Source of the DNA: Minisyncoccota bacterium
GTDB taxonomy: Bacteria; Patescibacteriota; Minisyncoccia; Phycocordibacterales; JAACPR01
Assembly: GCA_041674225.1 (NCBI GenBank)
Contig: JBAYWG010000001.1
Coordinates: 390,273 to 454,272 of the forward strand
Direction: 5' to 3'
DNA: 64,000 nucleotides
A program made the position numbers and the translations under genes. Positions 1-9,486 of the stretch are shown one piece after another; positions within the stretch are counted from its first letter, which is position 1, and each line of letters opens with the position of its first letter. The notes beneath the pieces are model-generated. The model was given only the letters and a program-made list of their open reading frames with translations, had not been told where the DNA came from and did no database searches.

Positions 1-615
1 GACTATTTTTCTTTTTTTGATTATTCAAAAACTCGCAAAGGATACAGCGGTGTGGCGATCTACACAAAACACGAACCAGAAAAAGTTCAGTATGGTTTTG
101 GTATAGAAGAACTGGATCAAGAAGGTCGTCTAGTTTCTTTGTTTTATGAAAAGTTTGTGATTATAAATTGCTACTTTCCCAATGGTGGAATGGGTGGCGA
201 CAAATTTAAATTCAAACTTAATTTTTTTGATGCATTTTTGAAATATATTATTTCGTTACGCAAAAAAGGATACGATGTGATTTTTGTCGGGGATGTGAAT
301 GTTGCACATACTGCTCTGGATATTCTTCGTGCAAAAGAAAATGAAGACACTATTGGGTTTTTGCCGATTGAAAGAGACTGGGTTTCAAAAGTTGTGGAAA
401 GTGGTTTCGTGGATACTTGGCGAAAAGAAAATCCGAAGACCGAAAAATATTCTTGGTGGGACATGAAGACTCGTTCTCGCGACAGAAACGTTGGTTGGCG
501 TATTGATTATATTTTTGTCTCTGAAAATCTCGCTCCCAAAATCCGCCGCACCGAAATCCACAACGAAGTTTTCGGAAGTGATCACTGCCCTGTCTCGCTG
601 GAAATAGATTTTTAG
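1..615 (+). CDS. xth: Exodeoxyribonuclease III (5'-truncated by window edge)
   Basis: Frame open from base 1 (..KGYSGVAIY..); ExoIII motifs DQEGR, YFPNG, GDVNVAH, GWRIDY, GSDHCP. Confidence 0.95.
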   Translation, partial: DYFSFFDYSKTRKGYSGVAIYTKHEPEKVQYGFGIEELDQEGRLVSLFYEKFVIINCYFPNGGMGGDKFKFKLNFFDAFLKYIISLRKKGYDVIFVGDVNVAHTALDILRAKENEDTIGFLPIERDWVSKVVESGFVDTWRKENPKTEKYSWWDMKTRSRDRNVGWRIDYIFVSENLAPKIRRTEIHNEVFGSDHCPVSLEIDF

Positions 616-635
616 TGTGCTAGTATCGTGCACAA

Positions 636-1022
636 ATGAACTTTACTAAACGCCATTTAGATCACACCAAGATCTATCACTACCAATTTAGAATCATAGA
701 AGATTTTTGGTTGGAGCAATTTGTTACTCTAATACAACACAAACAAATCGGAGATACTCCTTTTGGTCTACGTGATTTTTGGGAGCCCGTGCTCATCAAT
801 GGAAATCCAATCCGTGTTTACGAATTCTCACATGACTACAGCGTCATAATGGTGCTTGTAAAAGGCATCGGAGGATATCGAAATGTCTTGTGTAACGGAA
901 ATTTTTCCGTAGATGATGACGGCTTGCTTCTCGGCGGCCTCACAATGTTTGATGGACAAAACACTATCAAAGGCACTGGATATATTATGCTTGGCCAAAG
1001 TTGCCTAGCAGTACTGCCCTAA
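636..1022 (+). CDS. Hypothetical protein
   Basis: 128-aa ATG ORF, no recognisable motif. Confidence 0.6.
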   Translation: MNFTKRHLDHTKIYHYQFRIIEDFWLEQFVTLIQHKQIGDTPFGLRDFWEPVLINGNPIRVYEFSHDYSVIMVLVKGIGGYRNVLCNGNFSVDDDGLLLGGLTMFDGQNTIKGTGYIMLGQSCLAVLP

Positions 1023-1390
1023 CCGGCAGTTTTTCTTTTAAAGGACATTTATCCCCAACACTCTGAATAATGTCCTTTACATGTCCTTTATAAGAACTAC
1101 AATAGATAACGAACCTAGATCTTTCAGAACTTTCAACAATAAAATAATAACTAGGACAAGTGTGCACTTATAACACTATCGCCCTTAAATGCCCGAGACT
1201 TTTCTCGATTTGCTTAATTGTAGGCTGCGAATAGAAAACAAAAAAGTAAGAAAAGCACATTAAAATCCTTCAACCCACGCCGTCTGGCAAAAACAAAAAT
1301 TGACTCCTCTCGTCAAATTTTAAATCCTCTCAAAAAACTCAATCCAGACGGCTGTTTCTTTCAAAGAAGGATTTCTTATTTATTTTAAGG

Positions 1391-2851
1391 TTACTTCACT
1401 TTGTGTTTTGCTTTTAGTTCTTGAATAACCTTGTCATCTTCTTCTTCTAGACGGTCTTTGCCCTTTTTTCCTAATTCATCTAGTTGTGCATCACTCATTT
1501 TATTTAAATCAGTTACACGTGTAACAAGGTGCTCATCTGTGTTTTTTTCTGGTTCATCTAGCACTTCCTCTAATAAAGCATGCAAAATGGCTCCAATTCT
1601 AGGTCCTTTCTCTACTCCAAGCTCCATTAGTTTCACACCATCCACTTTCAACATTCCGACAGATAAAGGCGCACGCAAAGCCTCCTCAATCATTGATTGA
1701 TATTTTCTGAATCTATATGGCTCTTCTACCGGTCTTCCTGTGCCGATTCGGTCGCATTTTCGCAGCTCTACTAGATCCCAAATACTGTCAGTCCCCACTT
1801 TAGTTATAATCCTTCGCACAGCAGAAAGAGTTATTTGGTCCGGATCAGCGAAAAACATATGCCAACGCACAAGTCGTGTAACTTCCTCTATTGTTTCACG
1901 TGAAAAGCGTAAGTCTGCTAATGTTTCCCGTGTAACCTTTGCCCCGACCACTTCGTGGCCATAAAATGTGGCTTTATTCCCTACCATTCTCTTTGTGTGA
2001 GGTTTTGCAATGTCGTGGAACAATACAGCCAATCGAAGCTCTAATCGGTGGCCTTTATCTGCTGAATGTTGCAAAGCTCTCAAAGAGTGTTCAAAAACAT
2101 CATATTTATGTGCTTGAGTTTCTTGTGAAACCCCTACCATGCCGTCTATCGCTGTTGAAACATATTTTAATATTCCCAACTTTTGCAACATCACGATTCC
2201 AATCATTGGATTATCCGACATTATAAGCTTCTTGAATTCGTCTCGAATTCTTTCACGTGAAACCTTTTCAAGTAATCCGCCTAGTTCAGATATGGCGTTT
2301 GCTGTCTCAGACTCAATAATAAAGCCAAGTTCTGCTGAAAAACGCACTGCACGCATTATTCTTAGCGCATCTTCTCGAAATCTTTCCTTTGGATCCCCTA
2401 CTGTTCTTATAACTTTGGCTTCCAAATCATCTTGTCCTTTATAAAGGTCAACAATTTGTCCTTTAGAAAGTGCAATTGCATTGATTGTGAAATCTCGTCG
2501 AGACAAATCATCTTTAATGTTTTTGCTGAAAGACACTTTGTCTGGATGACGGTGGTCTGAGTATTCTGATTCTAATCTGTAAGGTGTTATCTCTATTACT
2601 TTCAACGTCGGATCTTCATCTTCTGTCTTTACCCCAACTGTTCCAAAGGTGTTTTCATAAAAAGAATCTGGAAAAATCTCTTGAATTTCCTCAGGTGTTG
2701 CATTAGTTGTGACATCCCAATCCTTAGGAGTTTTGTTTAAAAATAGGTCTCGTACGCATCCACCCACTAAAAAAGCCTCAAAACCTGAACTTTCTAGGCT
2801 GTCTAAGATGTTTTGCACTGATTGTGGAATGTTGTATCGACTAGTCTTCAT
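1391..2851 (-). CDS. cca: CCA tRNA nucleotidyltransferase / poly(A) polymerase family with HD domain
   Basis: VGGCVRD, DWDVTT, RRDFTINA, EDALRIMRAVRF, and HD motif LFHDIAK. Confidence 0.92.
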   Translation of the reverse strand: MKTSRYNIPQSVQNILDSLESSGFEAFLVGGCVRDLFLNKTPKDWDVTTNATPEEIQEIFPDSFYENTFGTVGVKTEDEDPTLKVIEITPYRLESEYSDHRHPDKVSFSKNIKDDLSRRDFTINAIALSKGQIVDLYKGQDDLEAKVIRTVGDPKERFREDALRIMRAVRFSAELGFIIESETANAISELGGLLEKVSRERIRDEFKKLIMSDNPMIGIVMLQKLGILKYVSTAIDGMVGVSQETQAHKYDVFEHSLRALQHSADKGHRLELRLAVLFHDIAKPHTKRMVGNKATFYGHEVVGAKVTRETLADLRFSRETIEEVTRLVRWHMFFADPDQITLSAVRRIITKVGTDSIWDLVELRKCDRIGTGRPVEEPYRFRKYQSMIEEALRAPLSVGMLKVDGVKLMELGVEKGPRIGAILHALLEEVLDEPEKNTDEHLVTRVTDLNKMSDAQLDELGKKGKDRLEEEDDKVIQELKAKHKVK

Positions 2852-2912
2852 TGCGACATTCTAGCATAAAACCCTTTATCTTTATCAATCTTAATGTATA
2901 ATCTTGTTCATT

Positions 2913-2984
2913 GCTCTTGTGGTGAAATGGATATCACAGCGGTCTTCGGAACCGTCGTTGGGGGTTCGAGTCCCTCCAGGAGCA
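2913..2984 (+). tRNA. tRNA-Arg(TCG)
   Basis: Cloverleaf; anticodon arm GCGGT-CTTCGGA-ACCGT; GTTCGAG T-loop; no encoded CCA. Confidence 0.93.
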
Positions 2985-3006
2985 CAAAAGGTTTATACCT
3001 TTAAAA

Positions 3007-3077
3007 GCGGGTATAGTTTAGTGGTAAAATGAGTCCTTGCCAAGGATTAGACGGGAGTTCGATTCTCCCTACCCGCA
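3007..3077 (+). tRNA. tRNA-Gly(GCC)
   Basis: GCGGGTA acceptor stem, anticodon loop TTGCCAA, GTTCGATTC T-arm. Confidence 0.95.
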
Positions 3078-3304
3078 CAAATAAGGGTTTTCTGGGGATA
3101 ACTATGGGGATATGTGTATAAAAGACATCATTTTTGTCTAATAAACAAGTTTGTGTTTTAAAATAGTGTTATTTATAGCCAAATAAAATTGTCTAATAGA
3201 CTTATATGTTTCACGTGAAACACTTTAGATCATGTGAATATCTTCATAATTCCTTGAGTTTTTCTTTAATACCGTTTCACATGTAACCATTTATGATGTA
3301 AAAC

Positions 3305-3679
3305 ATGAAAAATCATAAAGAATTTGGGAATTATTGTGAGGAAGAGGCGAGTTTGTTTCTTATAAGACAGGGATTTTCGATCTTGTTTAAAAACTATCTG
3401 ACGTCCTTTGGAGAAATAGACATTATTGCCGAGAAGAACAGCGTTATTCACTTTGTTGAGGTCAAGGCAGTTTCACGCGAAACATTCGAAAGGGGAATCA
3501 GACCTCAAGATCATGTTACACGTGAAAAGATTAGAAGGATAAAAATGGTTGCTCAACACTTCTTGGTTTCTTATGGATTGGCCGGAGTTTCCAATCAAAT
3601 TGATCTCGTGGCTATTGTCACAGCGCAAAAACTTTCCAAAGATTTAATTTCTATCGAATATCTACCGCAGATTTTCTAA
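3305..3679 (+). CDS. YraN family (UPF0102) endonuclease-like protein
   Basis: G..CEEEA, GEIDII, FVEVK motifs. Confidence 0.9.
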   Translation: MKNHKEFGNYCEEEASLFLIRQGFSILFKNYLTSFGEIDIIAEKNSVIHFVEVKAVSRETFERGIRPQDHVTREKIRRIKMVAQHFLVSYGLAGVSNQIDLVAIVTAQKLSKDLISIEYLPQIF

Positions 3680-3726
3680 ATCTTTACTAGACCGAAGCAA
3701 TTTCAGGTGTTACTATGCTTTACATT

Positions 3727-3799
3727 CGGGGTGTGGTGTAACGGCTAACATGCTCGCTTTGGGAGCGAGTGACTCCGGGTTCGAATCCCGGCACCCCGA
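3727..3799 (+). tRNA. tRNA-Pro(TGG)
   Basis: CGGGGTG acceptor, CTCGC-TTTGGGA-GCGAG anticodon arm, GTTCGAATC. Confidence 0.95.
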
Positions 3800-3800
3800 C

Positions 3801-4685
3801 ATGAAAAAAATGAAAATAGTAACTCACGCTGGAAGCTTTCATTTGGATGACTTGTTTGCAATAGCAACTATTTCTTTAATTTATCCAGACATTGAGATTG
3901 TGCGTTCGAGAGATAAAAGTGAAGCGGCAAGCGCTGATTTTGTTGTGGATGTAGGAGACGTGAATGATACAGAAAAAAACAGATTTGATCATCATCAACC
4001 AGGTGGGGCAGGGGTTAGAGAAAATGGTGTTCCATATGCAAGCTTTGGTTTAGTTTGGAAAAAATTTGGAACTGAAGTTTCTGGCGGAGATGCTCGTGTA
4101 CAGGATTTGGTTGATAAAAAAATGGTTCAACCAATTGATGCTGCTGATAACGGTTTCAATATGTATCGTGAAACTAAATCAGGACTATCTCCTTATCTTC
4201 TAGACAACGCTTTCAAGGCTCTGACACCTACGTGGCGAGACGAAGGAACTGTAGATGACACTTTCACTAGAATTCTACCTTTAGCTCGAGAAATCTTATT
4301 AATGGAGATCAAAAAAGCTAAATATTTCTTTGAGGATACTGAAATTGTGAAAGAGGCTTATAAAAATGCGCCTGATAAAAGAATTATTGTTTTGGAACAT
4401 CCTTTGGCTTGGAAATCTGTTATCTCTAGAAAAAATGAACCAATTTATGTTATTCATCCAAATCAAATGACAGGGGAGTGGATTGTCGCTTGTGTGCGAA
4501 AGACCCCACGTTCTCATGAAAATAGAAAACTTTTGCCACAAGCGTGGGCAGGAAAAAGAAAAGAAGATTTGGAAAAAATCACGGGTGTAGAAGGTGCAGA
4601 GTCTTGTCATAACAAAAGATTTATCGCAACAGCGTGGAGTAAAGAAGCTGCGGTGAAATTGGCTGAGATTGCTGTGAAGAATTAA
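3801..4685 (+). CDS. MYG1 family (DHH-superfamily) exonuclease/hydrolase
   Basis: THAGSFHLDD, VDVG, RFDHHQ, ASFGLVW, IDAADNG, LPQAWAG; start moved to the ATG just after tRNA-Pro. Confidence 0.9.
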   Translation: MKKMKIVTHAGSFHLDDLFAIATISLIYPDIEIVRSRDKSEAASADFVVDVGDVNDTEKNRFDHHQPGGAGVRENGVPYASFGLVWKKFGTEVSGGDARVQDLVDKKMVQPIDAADNGFNMYRETKSGLSPYLLDNAFKALTPTWRDEGTVDDTFTRILPLAREILLMEIKKAKYFFEDTEIVKEAYKNAPDKRIIVLEHPLAWKSVISRKNEPIYVIHPNQMTGEWIVACVRKTPRSHENRKLLPQAWAGKRKEDLEKITGVEGAESCHNKRFIATAWSKEAAVKLAEIAVKN

Positions 4686-4806
4686 ATTACGGTCACATTG
4701 ACTTTTTGTATTTTTGTGATTTAATTGCGCGTGGACAGCTCTAGGTTATTTCAATTAGAATCTAGGGAATTTCTGTTTTTTGAAACTCAACCCAATTTAA
4801 AACGGG

Positions 4807-5910
4807 ATGACAAGCAATACAGTTAAAAATGAGGAGTCGGAACCTCTCAAAATATTTCCGGAGAAGACTCGAGTCGCTATGCCATTTAAACCCAGGCCGG
4901 ATCAAATATTGGTCTTGCTAATGTTGGAAACTGAAGAAGGGAAGATTGTTTTTCCTAATCTCAATTCAGATGACATCACCTACATTGAAAAGGAGAAGGA
5001 TGGAGTTCTGTATCTCAAGGAAAAGGAGTGTTTGTTTGTGGGCTGTGGAAGAGATCCGCGATTCGATCCAAACGCACATCCAAATAATCCTTGGGACTCT
5101 GCATCTTCGATGATGACCAGACATTTGGGATTATTTAAAAAATACCCAATATGGAGGAAAGTCATTGAAGAGGTCCGCAGTGCCTACAGGGGAAGACAGT
5201 TAGAGTCGGGCGAGATTGCTTTGATGGCTGACGCCCTTTATGGTTCTCATGGTGGACTCGTTGGAGATGCTTCGGTTATTCAGTGGGTGAAAACTGCGTA
5301 CGATGCCGAAATTCATTTCGGTGACAAAAAACAGTTGAAACCATTGGATAGATGGGGTGTGCTCGATATTCTCAAACAACAAAATTCTCCGAGTGCTGAG
5401 TGGTTTGAGATGATGATCAGTGAGTGTCAGTCTCATTACGAAAGGAGTAAGAATGATGCGAAGACAGTCTTTGTGGGTCTTGAACCCAAAAAATTCAATC
5501 ACCCGATTCATGGAGAATTGAATCTGTACATCGTTTCGACCGACAATGAGAAGGTGGCATCGTATGCGTGGAAGAATACGGACGCTGATATTCTAGTTGT
5601 TTTGAAGAGCAATGGACAGGTCGCAATTCAAACTAAAAGAGAGAGGCTTTTTGACATGACGGAAGTCTGGCAAAAAATTGTTGAACTTGAACCAAAAGGA
5701 AGAGGCTCTGAATTGTGGGATTTATATTCCGGTCCGAGGATGATTCTCAACGGTTCTCGATCTAATCCCAATACTCCTCCGACGAAGCTTACTCTGGAAG
5801 AAATAGCTGAAATTATTCAGAACGTTCTGACAGGGAAAGAATACCTCGACAGAATGAGGCCGAGTGTTGGAGACATGCTTGAAGCTGCTCTATCTGGGTT
5901 TGGAAGTTAA
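4807..5910 (+). CDS. Hypothetical protein, possible degenerate DHH/MYG1-like fold
   Basis: 367-aa ORF with its own promoter-like element and terminator; remnants VGCG..RFDPN and MILNGS. Confidence 0.7.
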   Translation: MTSNTVKNEESEPLKIFPEKTRVAMPFKPRPDQILVLLMLETEEGKIVFPNLNSDDITYIEKEKDGVLYLKEKECLFVGCGRDPRFDPNAHPNNPWDSASSMMTRHLGLFKKYPIWRKVIEEVRSAYRGRQLESGEIALMADALYGSHGGLVGDASVIQWVKTAYDAEIHFGDKKQLKPLDRWGVLDILKQQNSPSAEWFEMMISECQSHYERSKNDAKTVFVGLEPKKFNHPIHGELNLYIVSTDNEKVASYAWKNTDADILVVLKSNGQVAIQTKRERLFDMTEVWQKIVELEPKGRGSELWDLYSGPRMILNGSRSNPNTPPTKLTLEEIAEIIQNVLTGKEYLDRMRPSVGDMLEAALSGFGS

Positions 5911-5923
5911 GTTGATGAAGTTT

Positions 5924-5960
5924 AGAGCGCGAGTGGAAACACTCGCGCTCTTTTTCTTTT
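5924..5960 (+). terminator. Intrinsic terminator
   Basis: AGAGCGCGAGTG-GAAA-CACTCGCGCTCT followed by a T-tract. Confidence 0.85.
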
Positions 5961-5983
5961 TAATTGATATAATTATTTTATAA

Positions 5984-6379
5984 ATGCCACCAAAAACTTT
6001 TCAAAAAACTGTAGAAAATTTTGAATGTGAACACTGTCATAATCCAGTGTCTGGAAACGGATATACAAATCATTGTCCTGCGTGTTTGTGGTCTAAGCAT
6101 GTTGATATAAATCCTGGAGATAGAGCTGCCACATGTGGAGGAATGATGAAGCCAACGGCATTAGAGAATGAAAATGGAGAATATGTTGTGACTCACACTT
6201 GTATAAAATGTTCGTACAAAAAAAGAAATAAAATTTCTCCAACGGATGATTTTGATGTTGTTGTACAAGTGGCTACAGATTTAGCAGAAATAGATTCTAA
6301 AGGTTTCTCATCAAGAGCTCCTCTAGGCGCGGGGCAACAAGCTCAAAATCTTCTGCTTGTGTCTGCAGGTTCCCAGTAA
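5984..6379 (+). CDS. RNHCP domain zinc-binding protein
   Basis: FECEHC, TNHCPACLWSKHVD..PGDRAATCGGMM, HTCIKC. Confidence 0.9.
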   Translation: MPPKTFQKTVENFECEHCHNPVSGNGYTNHCPACLWSKHVDINPGDRAATCGGMMKPTALENENGEYVVTHTCIKCSYKKRNKISPTDDFDVVVQVATDLAEIDSKGFSSRAPLGAGQQAQNLLLVSAGSQ

Positions 6380-7526
6380 TAAAGCTAGAAAGACTTCTTC
6401 CTGTTTCATTTTTTATTTCTCTGTTGATGTAGCTAAGAGTTAAAACATTTGCTACCAAATACTCGGCAGAACTTCCTGTGTTTGTGCTTACAATAATTCC
6501 TCCAAGAACATTATCTTTAAAAGCTCCACCTCCACTTGAACCCCGCTGCGCTACAGTAGTATCCCCAGTTGCTACGACATCAACTGTGTTTTGTCCGAGT
6601 GTAAAAATTTCTCGAATGCGAACACGGTCTGTTTGAAGCTCTGTGTTTTTTGCAATTTCTAAAGAAGATGTCATTTTCCCAGGATAACCAGCAATTGTAA
6701 CTGTGTCTCCTACATCAAGAAAATTAGAATCAGTATTTATTTTTAAAGAAGGGAATGCAGGTAGAGCGAGTGTTGGATTTGTATTTCCTGTAATCAAAAG
6801 TAATGCATAGTCGTATTTTCCTGTACCTGTTGGAGAAGAATTATTTATTTGACGATAATTTTCTTCAATCCAAGTTTCTGAAATATATAAAGGCACAGCA
6901 TTGAATCCATACAAAGGAATATTTTCTCTGCGAAGTGTGCAGTTGTATCCAGCGTCTTTTAATAAAAATTGTTGGGCGACATGAGCGTTTGTTAACACAA
7001 CTCCACTTGAAGAAATAATAACTCCGCTACCTGTTGAAAGAGAAATCATATTTCCGATTTGTCTGATGCAAAGAATATTCACAAGAACATTTTCGATTGA
7101 ATTTATTGCAGAGGTGTCTGGTGTTGCCGCTGTGGTGACTGTGATTTGCTCAGAAACAATTTCAGGAGATTGTTGTGCTTGTGGAATAGTTTGTGCTGGT
7201 ACAGTGCTGATTGGTGTAATTATTTTTTCTGTAATTTTTATGACTGGAGTTTTGATTGGTTCTGGGGGAATTATTGGTAGGGGAGTTTGAATAGATTTCG
7301 GCTTAGTAATATTTGCATCCGGAAGATTTAAAATATTTATTTTTGGCAGAGGGATTTGAGTTAGTTCTTGAATTAATCCAGGGCTTTCTTCTTCGATTAT
7401 TTCTTCAATTGGGTTTAAATTACTTGAATCATCAATGTCAGCGTGTGGAGAAAGCCCTAAAACTGTTAAAGAGGATACTATTACAAGGAAAACTCTTTGG
7501 GCAATTATTCGAATTAAGAATGGCAT
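6297..7526 (-). CDS. Secreted/membrane-anchored trypsin-like serine protease
   Basis: N-terminal hydrophobic segment, Pro/Thr linker, TGSG, TNAHV, DYALL, GSSGG catalytic motifs. Confidence 0.88.
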   Translation of the reverse strand: MPFLIRIIAQRVFLVIVSSLTVLGLSPHADIDDSSNLNPIEEIIEEESPGLIQELTQIPLPKINILNLPDANITKPKSIQTPLPIIPPEPIKTPVIKITEKIITPISTVPAQTIPQAQQSPEIVSEQITVTTAATPDTSAINSIENVLVNILCIRQIGNMISLSTGSGVIISSSGVVLTNAHVAQQFLLKDAGYNCTLRRENIPLYGFNAVPLYISETWIEENYRQINNSSPTGTGKYDYALLLITGNTNPTLALPAFPSLKINTDSNFLDVGDTVTIAGYPGKMTSSLEIAKNTELQTDRVRIREIFTLGQNTVDVVATGDTTVAQRGSSGGGAFKDNVLGGIIVSTNTGSSAEYLVANVLTLSYINREIKNETGRSLSSFITGNLQTQAEDFELVAPRLEELLMRNL

Positions 7527-7615
7527 GGTTTAACTTTCACTTATTGCCACATCTGTGTCAATCTGATAATCTCAATATTACAACAAATTTTGTTGTGTGT
7601 ATCGTATAGATCTTT

Positions 7616-7689
7616 GCGGGTATAGTTTAATGGTAGAATGACTGCCTTCCAAGCAGTAGATGGGAGTTCGATTCCCCCTACCCGCACCA
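7616..7689 (+). tRNA. tRNA-Gly(TCC)
   Basis: Cloverleaf, anticodon loop CTTCCAA, encoded CCA. Confidence 0.95.
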
Positions 7690-7714
7690 AATTAAAAGTG
7701 TTATCTTTATAGAT

Positions 7715-8467
7715 ATGTTCGAAAAATTCTTAGAAGAATTGGGTCTAAGTGATAAAGAGTCAAAAGTTTATTTAGCATTGTTGGAAGTTGAAAATGATTC
7801 TGTAATCGATTTATCTAAAAAAACAGATATTAACAGAACAACAATTTATCCAGTTTTGGAATCTCTTTCTAAAAAAGGTTTGATTAGTGAAATTAAGGTT
7901 GATAAAAAAGTTCGTTATGCCGCTGAATCTCCTGAGAGATTAGAAACTTATGTTGAAAGAAGAAAAATTCAATTAGAGGAGCAAGAAAGAAAGTTGAAAG
8001 ATATTATTCCGCAGTTGAAGAGTGTGCAGCGGGATAAAGGAGAAAAACCAATCATAAAGTTTTATGATGGTAAGGAAGGAATAATGTCAGCTATAAAAGA
8101 ATATTTTGGACCAAATCCGAAAGGTGGCGATGCTTATTTTTTATATGATTATGATTTAGTTAATGAAATTTTTACCCCACAAGAGATTAAAACTGCCCAA
8201 AATAATAGAAGCCAAGCGAAGATAAATGCATTTTCTTTTTATGCGAGTAAAAACGAGTCACTATCAAACAGTGAGTCATCATCAAGAATTCAAGTTGATG
8301 GTGATAAATATCCAATCTATTGTGATATTGGAGTATATGATGATTATGTAAGAATTCACACTTTAAATAAAAAAGTTTCTGCTATATATATAAAAAACAA
8401 GGATATCGCCGAAACTTTTAAGTCTTTATTTAGAATCGCTTTCGATAATTACAAAAGTAACAAGTAG
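7715..8467 (+). CDS. TrmB-family transcriptional regulator
   Basis: LGLSDKESKVYLALL HTH, RTTIYPVLESL..KGLI, PIIKFYDGKEGI. Confidence 0.88.
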   Translation: MFEKFLEELGLSDKESKVYLALLEVENDSVIDLSKKTDINRTTIYPVLESLSKKGLISEIKVDKKVRYAAESPERLETYVERRKIQLEEQERKLKDIIPQLKSVQRDKGEKPIIKFYDGKEGIMSAIKEYFGPNPKGGDAYFLYDYDLVNEIFTPQEIKTAQNNRSQAKINAFSFYASKNESLSNSESSSRIQVDGDKYPIYCDIGVYDDYVRIHTLNKKVSAIYIKNKDIAETFKSLFRIAFDNYKSNK

Positions 8468-8639
8468 TCTAGAAAGAAAAATCTCCCTCGCAGCAAAAGC
8501 TGGAGGGAGTGTTTTTTTAAAATTGGACTTATTTAGATATCTCTAAAAATTTGTCCAGAAAACATTTTCAATTTTTAATCTCCAAAGTCGCCCATAATGA
8601 ACTCCTTTCTGTTTTGAAATTTGGTGAACGACCAATTAG

Positions 8640-8821
8640 TGCTGAATCAACACCCCCACCCGAAACCCTATGCAAGGCTCGGGTGGGGGCGCATCATCTG
8701 CGTGTCTTAGCCGTGCATAGGTCACCTCCTTTCAGTTGAACTATCTGATTGAAATCCTGGTCTAGAAAGACAAGGCAATCAGATTTCTAAGATAGTATAG
8801 CAAATTTTAGATAAATGTCAA
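8640..8821 (-). ncRNA. Candidate small RNA with sigma70 promoter, perfect SD and Met-His-Gly minigene (8718-8707)
   Basis: TTGACA(8821-8816)-16 nt-TATACT(8799-8794) with an extended -10 TG; 5' hairpin; AAAGGAGGTGA-CCT-ATG CAC GGC TAA; GC-rich 3' hairpin 8651-8691. Confidence 0.55.
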
Positions 8822-8915
8822 TACATATAAACAGTTTTGTCTTATATTTCTTTTAAAACACGGCTTATTTATGGTTTTTTTGTTAAAAATGTTTATTTTG
8901 ATTAAATAATTTTCA

Positions 8916-8944
8916 TTGACTTTTAAGTAAAAACGTGATAATAT
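8916..8944 (+). promoter_or_regulatory. Sigma70-like promoter
   Basis: TTGACT-17 nt-TAATAT upstream of a structured leader. Confidence 0.55.
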
Positions 8945-8959
8945 AAGAGAAGAAATTAA

Positions 8960-9094
8960 GTAGCCATAGCCACAAGAGCCTTAATATTAAGACCCTTCTG
9001 GCTATGGCTACCGAGTGGTATATCCGAGCTACACGTCAGTCCATCGTGAAAAACAGGACTCGTTCGGCTATCGACAAGAGCCACCAAGTACATT
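8960..9094 (+). promoter_or_regulatory. Structured 5' leader: long hairpin + H-type pseudoknot + hairpin (copy A)
   Basis: Homologous to 17793-17924 with compensatory changes. Confidence 0.7.
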
Positions 9095-9439
9095 ATGAAG
9101 ACATATTTTTCGAACGATTCGAACCCCTCAGTCACTGTTTACTACTGTATCCCTGAGACAGTATTCGAAATAAATTTATTTGGATGTTTCTATATCGCAG
9201 TGGTAAAAAAACCAGAAGGGTTCATATTCTGGTGGGAAAATCCAGACCTGAGTCATCTTGGCCCTGACGATGAACTCCTCGAGGAACACAATCCTAGTGA
9301 ATGTGTTGAGCTTCCTGATGAATTCCTAAGGAAGCTTGAGGAAAAGCTGCGAAATGTTGACCATGTGGACAACCTTTTGTGGGATTCATCTTCGGAACAA
9401 TGGAAAAGCCTTCCGTCTGTTTTGCAGTTTGAAGATTAA
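9095..9439 (+). CDS. Hypothetical acidic protein
   Basis: 114-aa ORF directly after the conserved leader ending AGTACATT-ATG. Confidence 0.7.
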   Translation: MKTYFSNDSNPSVTVYYCIPETVFEINLFGCFYIAVVKKPEGFIFWWENPDLSHLGPDDELLEEHNPSECVELPDEFLRKLEEKLRNVDHVDNLLWDSSSEQWKSLPSVLQFED

Positions 9440-9486
9440 TAGTGGTACTCCACTCGGTTCATAGATTAATACCGTAAAATCTACTT

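Larger units (their letters stand above)
1511..3529. promoter_or_regulatory. Cluster of at least 8 parS-like palindromes (ParB loading sites)
   Basis: Perfect TGTTTCACGTGAAACA at 3207-3222; variants at 1511, 1892, 1922, 2249, 3273, 3469, 3514. Confidence 0.85.

Noticed and set aside
3750-3800. Upstream start for the MYG1 ORF
   Set aside because: Lies inside tRNA-Pro
8718-8735. GGTCACCTCCTTTC resembling the 16S rRNA 3' end
   Set aside because: No other rRNA sequence around it; better explained as an SD on the minus strand
9314-9345. CTGATGA inside ORF 9095 (also ~9875 and CTGATGG..GAAAC at ~18242)
   Set aside because: No correctly placed stem II-GAAA and stem III/NUH site; not hammerheads
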